DNA from: Octopus bimaculoides | Lineage: Eukaryota | Length of the DNA stretch: 64,000 nt | Assembly: GCF_001194135.2 (NCBI RefSeq) | Contig: NC_068984.1 | Span: forward strand, 102,264,707-102,328,706 | Reading direction: 5' to 3' | Shown: positions 14,004-27,660 of the stretch, in pieces | Numbering within the stretch: position 1 is the first letter of the stretch | Layout: each line of letters starts with the position of its first letter | Program-made: the position numbers and the translations under genes | Notes under the pieces: model-generated | Seen by the model: the letters and a program-made list of their open reading frames with translations, nothing else | What the model was told of the DNA's origin: nothing | The model's database searches: none

Positions 14004-17000
14004 CATATGTCATTGTGCTTGTGTCTATATCCCAACCACTTCATTTGTCTACATCTCTGTAACATAGTGGTTCAGCAAAAGGAACTAATGGAATAAGAAC
14101 CAGACTTCGAAAAATAAGTACTGGGGGTCAATTTGTTCAACTAAACTCTTTGAAGCAGTGCCCCAATATGGTCACAGTCCAATAATTGAAACAAATAAAA
14201 GATAAAAGATAGTAGTTTTGAAATTAGGACTAACCTTAGTTGTTCCTATTATTCAATTTTCCCAACCTGAGGGTAAATTTATAGGATAAATACACTAAGA
14301 CAATTCAGAGAAACATTACTCATTGTTGCCTGATTGATAAATGTAGCCATTTACTTCACAAAAGATTGGTGACAGTTAGCATTCTTGTTGCAGCCTTTGT
14401 TGCTATGGTGATACAAATATTTTTGATATAAGTTTTGTTTGTTTTCAATAATTAATGAAGTTAAGGCAGCAAGCTGGCAGAATAATTACTGCTGGGCAGC
14501 ATTTCTTCTAACTACATTTTGAGTTCAAATGCTGCTGGGTCGACTTTGCCTTTCATCATTTGGTGGTCGATAAAATAATTACCAGTTGAACACTGGGGTT
14601 GATGTAATCAGTTTACCCTGTTCCCTAAAATTATTGACCTTGTACTAAAATTTGAAACCAATAATTAATGAATTTGACTGACTTTAACATGAGGCTCATC
14701 TCTTACAAGACTCAATACATCCTAATAGTTATACTTTCTAGGTTTATATTATCTATGTTTCACTGAGGAGTTCTATTAAGTCTGGAACCTGACAGTTGCT
14801 ATGAACTAAAAAATAAAATTCTCATCTTAACATGAGAACTCAATGAAAATACATATTTCTCCTCTTCTTTGTGAGTTGTTAACAAATGTTGACAGCTTTT
14901 CATTTTCTTTCTTCAGCTAAGAGGAAAATGTAAAGTATTTTCAGTGTATGTCATTCTGGGCATCCATACATACTTGATTTATTTCAGTCCCTGGCTTATT
15001 TGAATTCTTTTTCTTAGTTCAATCTTTTATATTATCCTACTGCACTGTTTATTAATTATCTGTGTTTACTCTCAGAACACTTCACATTATTTAATCTTCT
15101 TCTTTGACACACACAGAAGACCTGCTTGCTCAGATTTTTATTTTCGTGTGTATAAATGGTTGTATTAACACATCTCTCCTAATTATACCCCACACCCTAC
15201 TGCAGAAGGAGGCCCTGGGAATTGTGCTCTGTTAAGAATAAACAACCATCAGTCTTAATCATTTATAATTGCATTTCTTCTTTCAGCTGCTGTTACCGAG
15301 GTGTTTCAAAATATTAATAATGATTTATCTTCTTCCTGTCACCTCAACTGTCCTTTTCGCCAAAGAATTTCTATTAATACAGACAAAACAATTCTAGTCT
15401 TGCTTTCATTTTTCATTTTTAGACATAGACATGTTTGCATTTCCAAATATGTTCATGAGTGCAAGCAAACGTATGGACACACACATTTTTATATGCAGGC
15501 ATACATGCACATGGACACACCCATGTTTTACATGTCCAAATATATTCATGTGTGTAAGCAAGCATATGGACATAGACATGTTTCTGTTGCAGGCATACAT
15601 ACACATGGACATACCCATGTTTTGCATGTCCAAATGTGTTTGTGTGTCGAGGCATGCATATATATGACCTCACAAATTCAATTGTATCTACATATAAGCA
15701 CACTGAAATTATATAGTTTTGTATTTTTATGTGTGTACTTGTTCTTGCATATGTACACACACAAGTACTTTCACAATACTATACACAAACACACATGCAA
15801 GTATAATACACACATAAATATAATACACATATAATATTGTTGGGTTGTTAGATCAATTTGCTCATGTTTTTCTACTTGGCACTCCATTGTCATTTGTCTG
15901 AAAAGACGAAAGTTTATTCAAATTCCGAAAACAATAAACAATAGTTGTAGAGGAAGTATAAAGCTATAAAAGAAAAACACTATAAACATTATGATAAAGA
16001 TATTTTTAATGCTAATTCAAATATCATTGGAAAGGATTAAAATAAATGTGTGTGGGGGGTGATGAACAAATTTGTGTGACAATCATCATCATCATCATCA
16101 TTTCGTGTCCGTCCTCCATACTGGCATAGGTTAGATGGTTTGACTGGAACTGGTAAGCTGAAGAGTTGCACCAGGTTCCAGTTTGATTGGCTTGGTTTCT
16201 ACAGATGGATGCCCTTTTTAATGACAACCAGGGGTACCTTTTATGTCACTGGTACTGGCTGTGACTTTGACTTCATTTGGCTTGACGTGTCTTCTCAAGC
16301 ACAGCAAGTCACCAAAGGACTCGATCACTTGTCATTGCCTCCATGAAACCCAACATCAGAAGATCATGCTTCACCACCTCATCCCATGTCTTCCTGGGTC
16401 TACCTCTTCCACAGGCTCCCTCCACAGTTAGAGATTGGCATTTCTTTATCCAGCTGTCTTTGTCAATACACATCACATGACCATACCAGCACAGTCTTCT
16501 CTCTTGTACACTACATCTGATGCCTCTTATGCCCAATTTTTTTCTCAAGATGATTATGTTCTGTTGTATTTGTTCAGTGGTTGATGTTAGGAAAGGGAAT
16601 CCAGCTGTAAAAATCCTGCCAAAACAGTCACAGAAGTCTGGTGCAGGCTTCGGCCTTGCTGGCTCTTGTGGTACTGTCCCACCCATGCTAGTATGGAAGA
16701 TAGATGCTAGACAATGATGATGATAATATATATATCATCATCATCATCAGCGTTTAATGTCCGCTTTCCATGCTGGCATGGGTTGGATGGTTTGACTGAG
16801 GACTGGTGAGCCAGAGGCTGCACCAGGCTCAGTCTGATCAGGCAAAATGTCTACAGCTGGATGCCCTTCCTAATGCCAACCACTCCGAGAGTGTAGTGGG
16901 TGCTTTTACGTGCCACTGGCATGAGGGCCAGTCAGGCAGCTCTGGCAATGACCATGTTCAAAAGATGTTTTTTACATGCTACTTGCATGGGAGCCAGTCC

Positions 17001-18415
17001 GGCGGCACTGGCAACGACCATACTTGAATGTTGTTTTTCATGTGCCACCAGTACATGTTCTGGTAAAGCAGTGCTGGCAACGATCATGCTCGAATGGTGC
17101 TTTTCACATGTCACTGGCATGGGAATCAATCCATGGCCCTAGTAGCGATCACACTCAGATGTGCTTTTAAAGCTTCACTGGCATGAAAGCCAATCAGGCA
17201 GTACTGTGAAATAGCAAAATTAAACAAAAGCATCTTCTGGATTCGGGGGAGTTGTTAAAATGGAGTAGGAGAATCTGAGTGCGTGCGCTAGTTTATATAG
17301 GGTGGGGTGGTGGAGGAGTGAGAAGTGTTGGCGAAGCAAGTGGTAATCGAAACAGAGAGAGAAAGACAGACAGACAGAGTGAAGCAGAGAGAGAGGGGGC
17401 CAGAGTTAGGCTGGTCAGGGATAGAACACGAGGGAGAAAAATATTCTTTGGGGATTTTGAATAACATAATTTAATGAAACAGCAAATGCTGATAATAGTA
17501 AAATAGAATTGAAAAATCTTAGAATTTTCGGTCAGCCAATCTGTGACAAAATTAGAGAAATAAGTGACGATCTGACAAAATTGAATAAATGAATAAGTGA
17601 CAATAGTAAATGCGCATGAAGGAACTTAAGTTTGTCTTAAGACAACAGTGAGGAAGACAAAACTAAGCTTAACCTATGTTTTCATGGTAATGAAATAGAT
17701 AGAATAATGAAAAGAACTAATAAGGGGTTTATGATCTGTGCAGAAATAGAGGAGTAGATGTACAAGGTTGAGAAAAAAAAAACATTTCTTATCTGAGCAT
17801 CTTCTGGATTCGTATTCTTTTGGTAGAGTTATTAAAATGGAGTAGGGGAATCCAAGTGCATGCGCTAATATAGGCATGGCTGTATGGTAGAAACTTTGCT
17901 TCCCAGCCACATGGTTTTGGGTTCAGTCTCACTGCATGGTACCGTGTGCAAGTATCATCTACTATAGATTTGGGTCAACTGAAGCCTTGTGAGTGGATAT
18001 CATAGATGGAAACTGAAAGGAGCCCATTGTATTATACATCAATGAGTGTGTGTCTTTGTGACTATGCTTGCCCCTCATCACCACTTGACAACTGGTGTTG
18101 GTGTGTTTACGTCCCAGTGACTTAGCGGTTCAGCAAAAGAGACTGATAGGATAGGTAATAAACTTTACAAAATAATAATAAGTACTGGGGTCAATTTGTT
18201 CAACTAAAATTTTTCAAGGCGGTGCCCCAGCATGGCCACAGTCTAATGACTGAAACAAGTAAAAGATAGAAGTCACACACACACACAGAGCATATGTACT
18301 CTTACACAAAAGCATGCACTACTACACACATTGCGTACACTTAAAAAAGTGTGCATATATGTATACACAACGTATATGTATATATAAATATACATGTATA
18401 CATATATACATGTAT

Positions 18416-18451
<36 letters not shown>

Positions 18452-20631
18452 GGAATGAATGTAAAAATACATTATGCAGGATATATCATAAACAATTCAA
18501 AATTATTAAGTTGAGGAAAAAATTTGTACACCGTGTTAAAATAATGCTTTTTTATATATTTTTGTGGTGTGTGTGTTCATTTTAACATGGCGCACAAACT
18601 TTTTTCCTTAACCTAGTATTTACAAATATATCAGTGGCCAGAACATTTACTATAAAATCACAATTATAATGGAGAGGGTTAGAAAAACCCTTACATGCCT
18701 AGAAATAGCAGTCAAAATTGCTATAAAGCAATTATAACCACTCATAATATATCTCCTCAACCATAAAAGCTGTCGGCAAGTGACATGACATAGACATTCA
18801 AAATTTAAATAAAAATAAACAGTTAGTCCTCAATTGCAATTTCGAAGCTAGAAATCAAAAGTGGATTCATTCTCCTCATCAGGAGAACATTCTTGTACAT
18901 AGAAATTAACACAAAAAATATACTTCGCGGCTTAACATGTGTCCCAACCAGCAAGAATAATGTGTCAACGTCTATCTACATAATTCAAATCCTGAATTCA
19001 AATGTGATGCTCAGCGTTTATAAAAAAATGACCAGTTAAACGAGCCACAGCGAAAAAACTGGATATGAGAGAAAGTTGAATAATAAAAGAGGAATCAATG
19101 TTAAAATACATTATGTAGGGATATGTGGTAAACAATTCAAAATTATTTACGAATATACCAGAGGCCAGAACATGGAATCAAAAAATTCTGTCATAAAAGA
19201 AGAGTGTATAATTGTGAATAAATCACAATTATAATGGAGAGGGTTATAAAAACTCTTACATGCCTAGAAATAGCAGTCCAAACTGCTATATAGCTGCTAT
19301 AACCACTCATATTATATCTCCTCAACCATAAAAGCTGTCAGCAAGTGACATGACATAAACACAGCAACATAGACGAAAATGAAAAAAAGCAAAAGGCAAA
19401 AGAAAACTGAAACTGTTGCATGTGAATTGATAGAAATCTTTAGGTTATATGTCAGTCATAAAGCACACAGACACATAACCAATTATGCTAATGGCATCTC
19501 CAACTATGATTCATCATCATCATCATCATCGTTTAATGTCTGCTTTCCATGCTAGCATGGGTTGGACGATTTGACTGAGGACTGGCAAGCCAGAAGGCTA
19601 CACCAGGCTCCAATCTGATCTGGCAGAGTTTCTACAGCTGGATGCCCTTCCTAATGCCAACCACTCCGAGAGTGTAGTGGGTGCTTTTACGTGCCACTGG
19701 CACGAGGGCCAATCATACAGTACTGGCAATGGCCATACTCAAAAAGGTGTTTTTTACATGCCACCTGCACAGGAGCCAGTCCAGCGGCACTAGTAACGAT
19801 TCACATTACCATATACTGGGTATTCTGTCATTGGGGACAAAATTATTTGCAGGAAACTTTTAAGTGGAGATGTAGAGAGAACATTTGATGTAAGGAAATG
19901 TGTAGCAAGATATGAAGTTCAAGGCTCAGAGTTCATCCTGTTCTGGAGGGTATGGTGAGGTTATCCATATTTCCGTGAATGTGTACCTCCTTACATATAT
20001 TCCTAGGTAAGAAAGCAGGTTGAGTTATACTTCCAGTTGAGAAAAGGGATCTAGCAGTCTGATGTTCATGCGAATATTTATATATAAATAATATGGGAGT
20101 CTTATTAGCAATTTAACAACCTAAAGGCAAATTTATAGATGTCACTAAAGTGACAGATGGTACAAAGTGGTACCAGCATTGTTAAAAATAAGAGTCAAAT
20201 GACTCATTAGCCACAAGAGCACTATCTTAATAAACTGACAAAGGAGACAAAGCTCCCTATGGCCACAGATATAGCCAAATCACATGATTTCGAATTTTTG
20301 TGCTGAGCATAACTTTCGTCTGGCTCTTACTGCACCTAGGGTTAAGCTCAACTCACTTTGTCAACTTATAAGAAAAACCGTTGAAATGTGCTGATTGCAG
20401 AAATGGTAGAAGCGAAAACTATAACTAATATGGATGGCTTATTACCAATTTAACAACCTAAAGGCAAATTTATAGATGCCACTAAAGTGTTAACTCTTTT
20501 TTCTAGCAATTCTGGTACCACTCTGTACCCTTCATAACTTTAGTGATGTCTATATAGTTATATATATCATCACCGTTTAACGTCCGCCTTCCATGCTAGC
20601 ATGGGTGTGTGTGTGTGTGTGTTTGTGTGTG

Positions 20632-20662
<31 letters not shown>

Positions 20663-23600
20663 ACATATACACACACACATATATATTAGGTCATCAAGTA
20701 TGAAATTTGTAGTAAGGTATATCATAAATTTTGACAGCTGGTTATTTTGCACCGTTATTATATTTTGACAATCCTTGTTTTTTGTTAGAAAGCCGACTCA
20801 TCTATTTCTTTATTCTAACTCATTTTGTACTTTATAAAGTGTTTATAAATCATTTTTTGCTGTTTTTGTTTAGAGATGGATAAGTCGGAAATTCGTAGTT
20901 TTGAAATATGAGTTCTTTCTTGGAAATACAGTATCACAGACAGCTCAGAATATTAATGGAGTATTTTATTCTAATGTTATTACACAGCAGACAGTATCAA
21001 ACTGGTTTGCAAAATTTCGTTCTGGTAATTTCATTTCAAGAATGAGCAGCATGGTCGACCAGAAACAAAGGTGGATAATGACAAACTGAAAGCCACCGTT
21101 GAGCCAGATCCATTTCAAAGTGCTCATGAATTATCGTTGTTGTTTGGTGTTAGCGAGCAAGCAATATTGACTCACCTAGTTCAAATTGGTTAAGCGAAAA
21201 AGTTGGATAAGTGGGTTCCAAATGAACTCAATGAAAATCACAAACACTAACGTTTGGTAGCCTGTATTATGCTTCTTTCTTGTCACAAAAATGAATCATT
21301 TTTTTAAATCAAACTAACATGTGAGGAGAAATGGATCCAATACAACAACTTAAAACATTCAGCACAATGGTTGGACAAAGATGAGCAACCAGAACAGTTC
21401 AAAAAGCAAAATTCATCAAAAGAAGCTGATGGTGTGTGTTTGGTGGTCTGGTGCAGGTGTGATCCATTATGNNNNNNNNNNNNNNNNNNNNNNNNNNNNN
21501 NNNNNNNNNNNNNNNNNNNNNNNNNNNNNNNNNNNNNNNNNNNNNNNNNNNNNNNNNNNNNNNNNNNNNNNNNNNNNNNNNNNNNNNNNNNNNNNNNNNN
21601 NNNNNNNNNNNNNNNNNNNNNNNNNNNNNNNNNNNNNNNNNNNNNNNNNNNNNNNNNNNNNNNNNNNNNNNNNNNNNNNNNNNNNNNNNNNNNNNNNNNN
21701 NNNNNNNNNNNNNNNNNNNNNNNNNNNNNNNNNNNNNNNNNNNNNNNNNNNNNNNNNNNNNNNNNNNNNNNNNNNNNNNNNNNNNNNNNNNNNNNNNNNN
21801 NNNNNNNNNNNNNNNNNNNNNNNNNNNNNNNNNNNNNNNNNNNNNNNNNNNNNNNNNNNNNNNNNNNNNNNNNNNNNNNNNNNNNNNNNNNNNNNNNNNN
21901 NNNNNNNNNNNNNNNNNNNNNNNNNNNNNNNNNNNNNNNNNNNNNNNNNNNNNNNNNNNNNNNNNNNNNNNNNNNNNNNNNNNNNNNNNNNNNNNNNNNN
22001 NNNNNNNNNNNNNNNNNNNNNNNNNNNNNNNNNNNNNNNNNNNNNNNNNNNNNNNNNNNNNNNNNNNNNNNNNNNNNNNNNNNNNNNNNNNNNNNNNNNN
22101 NNNNNNNNNNNNNNNNNNNNNNNNNNNNNNNNNNNNNNNNNNNNNNNNNNNNNNNNNNNNNNNNNNNNNNNNNNNNNNNNNNNNNNNNNGGTGGCACATA
22201 AAAGACACCATTTCGAGCGTGGCCGTTTTCGTGCGGGTGACACGTAAAAGCACCCACTACACTCTCTGAGTGGTTGGCGTTAGGAAGGGCATCCAGCTGT
22301 AGAAACTCTGCCAAATCAGACTGGAGCCTGGTGTTGCCATCCGGTTTCACCAGTCCTCAGTCAAATCGTCCAACCCATGCTAGCATGGAAAGCGGACGTT
22401 AAACGATGATGATGATGATGATGATGATTGGCAAACTTTTTTTCTCTTCTACAAATTTCATACTTGAAGACTTAATATATATATATATGTATATATATGT
22501 ATGTATATATCATCATCATCATCATCATCATCGTTTAACGTCCGCTTTCCATGTTAGCATGGGTTGGACGACTTGACTGAGGACTGGTGAAACTGGATGG
22601 CAACACCAGGCTCCAATCTAAATTTGGCAGAGTTTCTACAGCTGGATGCCCTTCCTAACGCCAACCACATATATACACACACATATATATAACTTAGAAA
22701 TCTGTTTCAGCTCAACTACTAATTTTAATAATATAATCGCACACAACACACAATAACCACAATATGAAACCAGCTGTTCATGCAGGGATAAAAATATTTG
22801 TGCCTGCTAAATGGAGCTTGCATGTCTGAGACCATCATTTATGAAGCCACTGTGGACTCTATATCCACTAAGGACACAGTTTCGACGAAGAAATACGTGG
22901 GCCTTACAGAGGGTAATTTCAAGGCCAGATTCAATAATCACCTTGAGCTTCAGGCACTGGGATAAAAGGAAAACAACAAAAGATAAAGGTGTCAGTTACA
23001 ACATCCATTGGAAGATCTTGGCCAAGTGTAAACCCTACACCAATGGCAGCAGAAAGTGTGTTCTTTGTGATATGGAAAGATGGCTCATCTGGAAAAGCAG
23101 CTTAGACCCCGCCACATGTCTAAATTCAAGAACTGAACTTTCGGATCATGTCCACATGTGGCTAAATATTTGTTATGTTTTTGGTGCCCCCGAGATTACA
23201 GACAGGACTTGCTTTCTATATTGTGTCCACGTACAAGGTTTTTATCTCTCTCTATTTTTTACTTATATTTCTTATATATCTTTTATAATTTTTTACATAT
23301 TTATAGAGATATTGTTTTATAGGTTTATTGCTCATATAATTTTTAGACATATTTTTTCTGTATTCTACCTTCCACCCTGCATTTTTCCTGTGCGTATATA
23401 GATGTGTATATGAAACCTTTTGTGCACGCTTGTGGATGTGTGTGTGTGTTCGGGTATGTGCATATATAAACGTGTGTGCATGTGTGCATGCATGTATATG
23501 CATATATAGACGTGTTTTACTCTTACTGCTTTTTTCCACTTTTTTCTGTATTTTGTCTTTAGCCCTGTTTTTTCATGTGCATGTGCATTTATAGATGTGT

Positions 23601-23993
23601 GTATGAACCTTTTTTGTGCGCGTGTATGTGTGTGCGAGTGGATATGTATATATTTTTTGGCGAATGTGTGGGTGAGCATGTGTGTGTTTCAAGTGAGGGT
23701 GGATGAGTATATACATATAGGTGCATGTACGTGGGTGAATGGGTGCGCATATGTATGTATGGACTTGTGTGCTTACACGAATACTATGGACCTTTTTACT
23801 CCCTTACCTTTACTCCCTCCCCTCACTTAGCAGTCATTCTAATAGCTCTTTTGTCTTAATAACAGTCAATCACACAGTAATTTCCCTTTATTTAACGGTC
23901 ATTTTCATAGCATTTCTTCGATGGCCAGATAACTGAAGAGATGGTGGCGTGGGTTTCTGCCCTGACATCCAAAACTCAGATACATATATATAC

Positions 23994-24025
<32 letters not shown>

Positions 24026-27000
24026 ATACGAAAATGAAAAATATTAATAAGGCAGAATGCTAAACTGAAACCATATTTTAATATAGATGTTTAAAAAGGA
24101 TTTCTAACCGGCTTTCATTGCGTGGCAAATTTTCAAGAAGAGGGAGAATGAAAATGTCTTTTACAAAAAAGTAAAAAATAATATATAAAAAAATANNNNN
24201 NNNNNNNNNNNNNNNNNNNNNNNNNNNNNNNNNNNNNNNNNNNNNNNNNNNNNNNNNNNNNNNNNNNNNNNNNNNNNNNNNNNNNNNNNNNNNNNNNNNN
24301 NNNNNNNNNNNNNNNNNNNNNNNNNNNNNNNNNNNNNNNNNNNNNNNNNNNNNNNNNNNNNNNNNNNNNNNNNNNNNNNNNNNNNNNNNNNNNNNNNNNN
24401 NNNNNNNNNNNNNNNNNNNNNNNNNNNNNNNNNNNNNNNNNNNNNNNNNNNNNNNNNNNNNNNNNNNNNNNNNNNNNNNNNNNNNNNNNNNNNNNNNNNN
24501 NNNNNNNNNNNNNNNNNNNNNNNNNNNNNNNNNNNNNNNNNNNNNNNNNNNNNNNNNNNNNNNNNNNNNNNNNNNNNNNNNNNNNNNNNNNNNNNNNNNN
24601 NNNNNNNNNNNNNNNNNNNNNNNNNNNNNNNNNNNNNNNNNNNNNNNNNNNNNNNNNNNNNNNNNNNNNNNNNNNNNNNNNNNNNNNNNNNNNNNNNNNN
24701 NNNNNNNNNNNNNNNNNNNNNNNNNNNNNNNNNNNNNNNNNNNNNNNNNNNNNNNNNNNNNNNNNNNNNNCAGGTGAAAGAAATGATTGCACATGCAATA
24801 GGGGCCAGGGTAAAAAACCACCTTGAAGAACCACATAGTATAAAGTTTAACAAAAAACTATACATGCAGGATCAAGGTGCAGTCATTGGTGTCAGTGTAG
24901 CTGGAGATGTGGCTGGCCTCTTCATGATCTGGTGAGACAGAAAACTTAAGCATATGTTAGCAGAACAGTCCACAACTCTTCTACTCTACAGTAGATATGT
25001 AGATGACATTAATATCATAGTAAGGACCAACTCTAATAATGGTAGTGTAGAAACTGAGAGGAATGTAATGGAGAGCATCTAGCAAGTAGCTAATTCTATC
25101 CACCAAAGTATCAAGATAACTGCAGATTACCCCACTAAGCACCTCAACAATAGACTTGCCATACTTGATACTGAACTTTGGCTATAAGCTGTGAACAATA
25201 GAGTGCAGCTCTTCCACTTCTACTACATGAAACCCATAGCTTCAAAGTATGTTATTCACAAGAACTCTGCTTTGTCACACAACATCAAATAACATACTGA
25301 TAGCAGACTTAGGATAATGAATGTGTCCCCACTATGCGAACCCTATGAAACAAAAAAAACATATACAGAACTTCATGCACTGCATGCAATTCTCTGGATA
25401 TGATCAGAAAGATAGGGTTCGAGTATACAGGGGTGCTAGAAGGAAATTAGATAACATTATACGTAATGATACTAGTGGTACCTGCCCTAGATACAGAAAC
25501 AAAGACTGGAATAGGATACAAAGAACTTGTAACAAAGCAAACAGGACGAACACATGGTATAAAACTGACAAATATCAAAGAGTGATGTTTGTAGAGGCCA
25601 CAGCCCATGGAAAACTAGCCTGTAGATTTAGAAAAGCTCTGAAGGAGACCAAACTCAACATTAAGATTGTTGAAAAGCCAGGGAACTCCATCAGATCACA
25701 ACTATGTAGGATGTATCCATTTGAGAATACCATATGCACCAATGATAACTGAATGGTATATAGGTTTAGCCCTGGCTTTAACTGTAGAACTAGAATTGTA
25801 GTTTACAGCATAAGGTGCATAGAAGGTGCTTGTAAAGACATGAACATGACATACATAGGGCAGACATCTAGGAGCATTGTGGAACAACTAAATGAACATT
25901 TGAGACAATATGATGACAAAAAACAGTCCCCATACTCTACCAACATGCCAAGGACCAACATGGAGGCAACCTGGGTCAACTTGATATCCGCATCTTATCC
26001 AAGCACCCAAAGGAGCCAACGTTCAGACAAATACAGGAGTACATCCTCATAAATGAAACTTCCCCAATACTAAATAGGAAATATACATAGTAGATATCAT
26101 ACTCCCATACCCACAGTTTACACAGGTAGAGTAGAATAGTTAGTGGGCTGTTATGTAGATAGATGTATGTGTGTGTGTGTGTGTGTGTGTCATCATCATC
26201 ATCATCGTTTAACGTCCGTTTTCCATGCTAGCATGGGTTGGACAATTTGACTGGGGATTGGTGAACCAGATGGNNNNNNNNNNNNNNNNNNNNNNNNNNN
26301 NNNNNNNNNNNNNNNNNNNNNNNNNNNNNNNNNNNNNNNNNNNNNNNNNNNNNNNNNNNNNNNNNNNNNNNNNNNNNNNNNNNNNNNNNNNNNNNNNNNN
26401 NNNNNNNNNNNNNNNNNNNNNNNNNNNNNNNNNNNNNNNNNNNNNNNNNNNNNNNNNNNNNNNNNNNNNNNNNNNNNNNNNNNNNNNNNNNNNNNNNNNN
26501 NNNNNNNNNNNNNNNNNNNNNNNNNNNNNNNNNNNNNNNNNNNNNNNNNNNNNNNNNNNNNNNNNNNNNNNNNNNNNNNNNNNNNNNNNNNNNNNNNNNN
26601 NNNNNNNNNNNNNNNNNNNNNNNNNNNNNNNNNNNNNNNNNNNNNNNNNNNNNNNNNNNNNNNNNNNNNNNNNGGTATTGATCACGCTCAAATGGTGCTT
26701 TTCACGTGCCACAGGCACGGGAACCAGACAGCTGCTCTGGCAATGATCACGCTCGGATGGTGCTGTTAGTGCTCCACTGGAACGGGTGCCAGTCATCGAA
26801 TTTGGTTCAATTTCGATTTCACTTGCCCCAACAGATCTATGCAAGCAGAGTTTAGTGTCCAATGAAGGAAAGGTTGGCATGGGTGCCGGTCGTCAAGTTT
26901 GGTTCGATTTTGATTTTGATTTTTGATTTTGATTTCACTTGCCTCAACAGGTCTTTGCAAGCAGAGTTTTAGGGTCCAATGAAGGAGAGGTATGCATAAG

Positions 27001-27621
27001 TGGGCTGGCTACACCCCAGGCAAAGGGCACGGGTTATGGTCTCACTTGGCTTGCTGGATCTTCTCACGCACAGTATATTTCCAATAGTCACTCCCTTGGT
27101 GAGGCCTAATGTTCGAAGGTCATGCGTCACCACCTCATCCCAGGTCTTCCTGGGCCTATCTCTACCACAGGTTCCCTCAACTGCTACAGTGTGGCACTGT
27201 TTCACACAGCTATCCTCATTGATTCTTGCCATATACACACAGGTATATAAACATATGGATATAAAAGTAAACAGATCAACATACAGACAGATAGGTACAT
27301 AAGTTATATGAACAGAAAAGCACACATATGATCACATACACAAATGAAGACTGAAACACATGACCATACATACACACACACATTACTTTACACAAGGACA
27401 CATATGGAGACACATGTCCACACATATGGAGATGCACATCCATACATACAGATGCGGTACATTGTTGCAAAACACACACACACTCAGACATGGACACATA
27501 AGGAGAAAGAGGTACACACACACATATACAAACACACACACACACACACACATACATACATAAAAACATATAAACACGGACACGCAAACACATTAATATG
27601 CAGAATACATACATACAAATA

Positions 27622-27660
<39 letters not shown>

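Larger units (their letters stand above)
18446..19375 (-). mobile_element. Non-autonomous direct-repeat element (R-U-HHR-R; ~565-nt monomer), retrozyme/Penelope pLTR-like
   Basis: Diverged direct repeats 18446-18795 and 19085-19360 flank a unique segment holding the hammerhead; no ORF. Confidence 0.6.
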
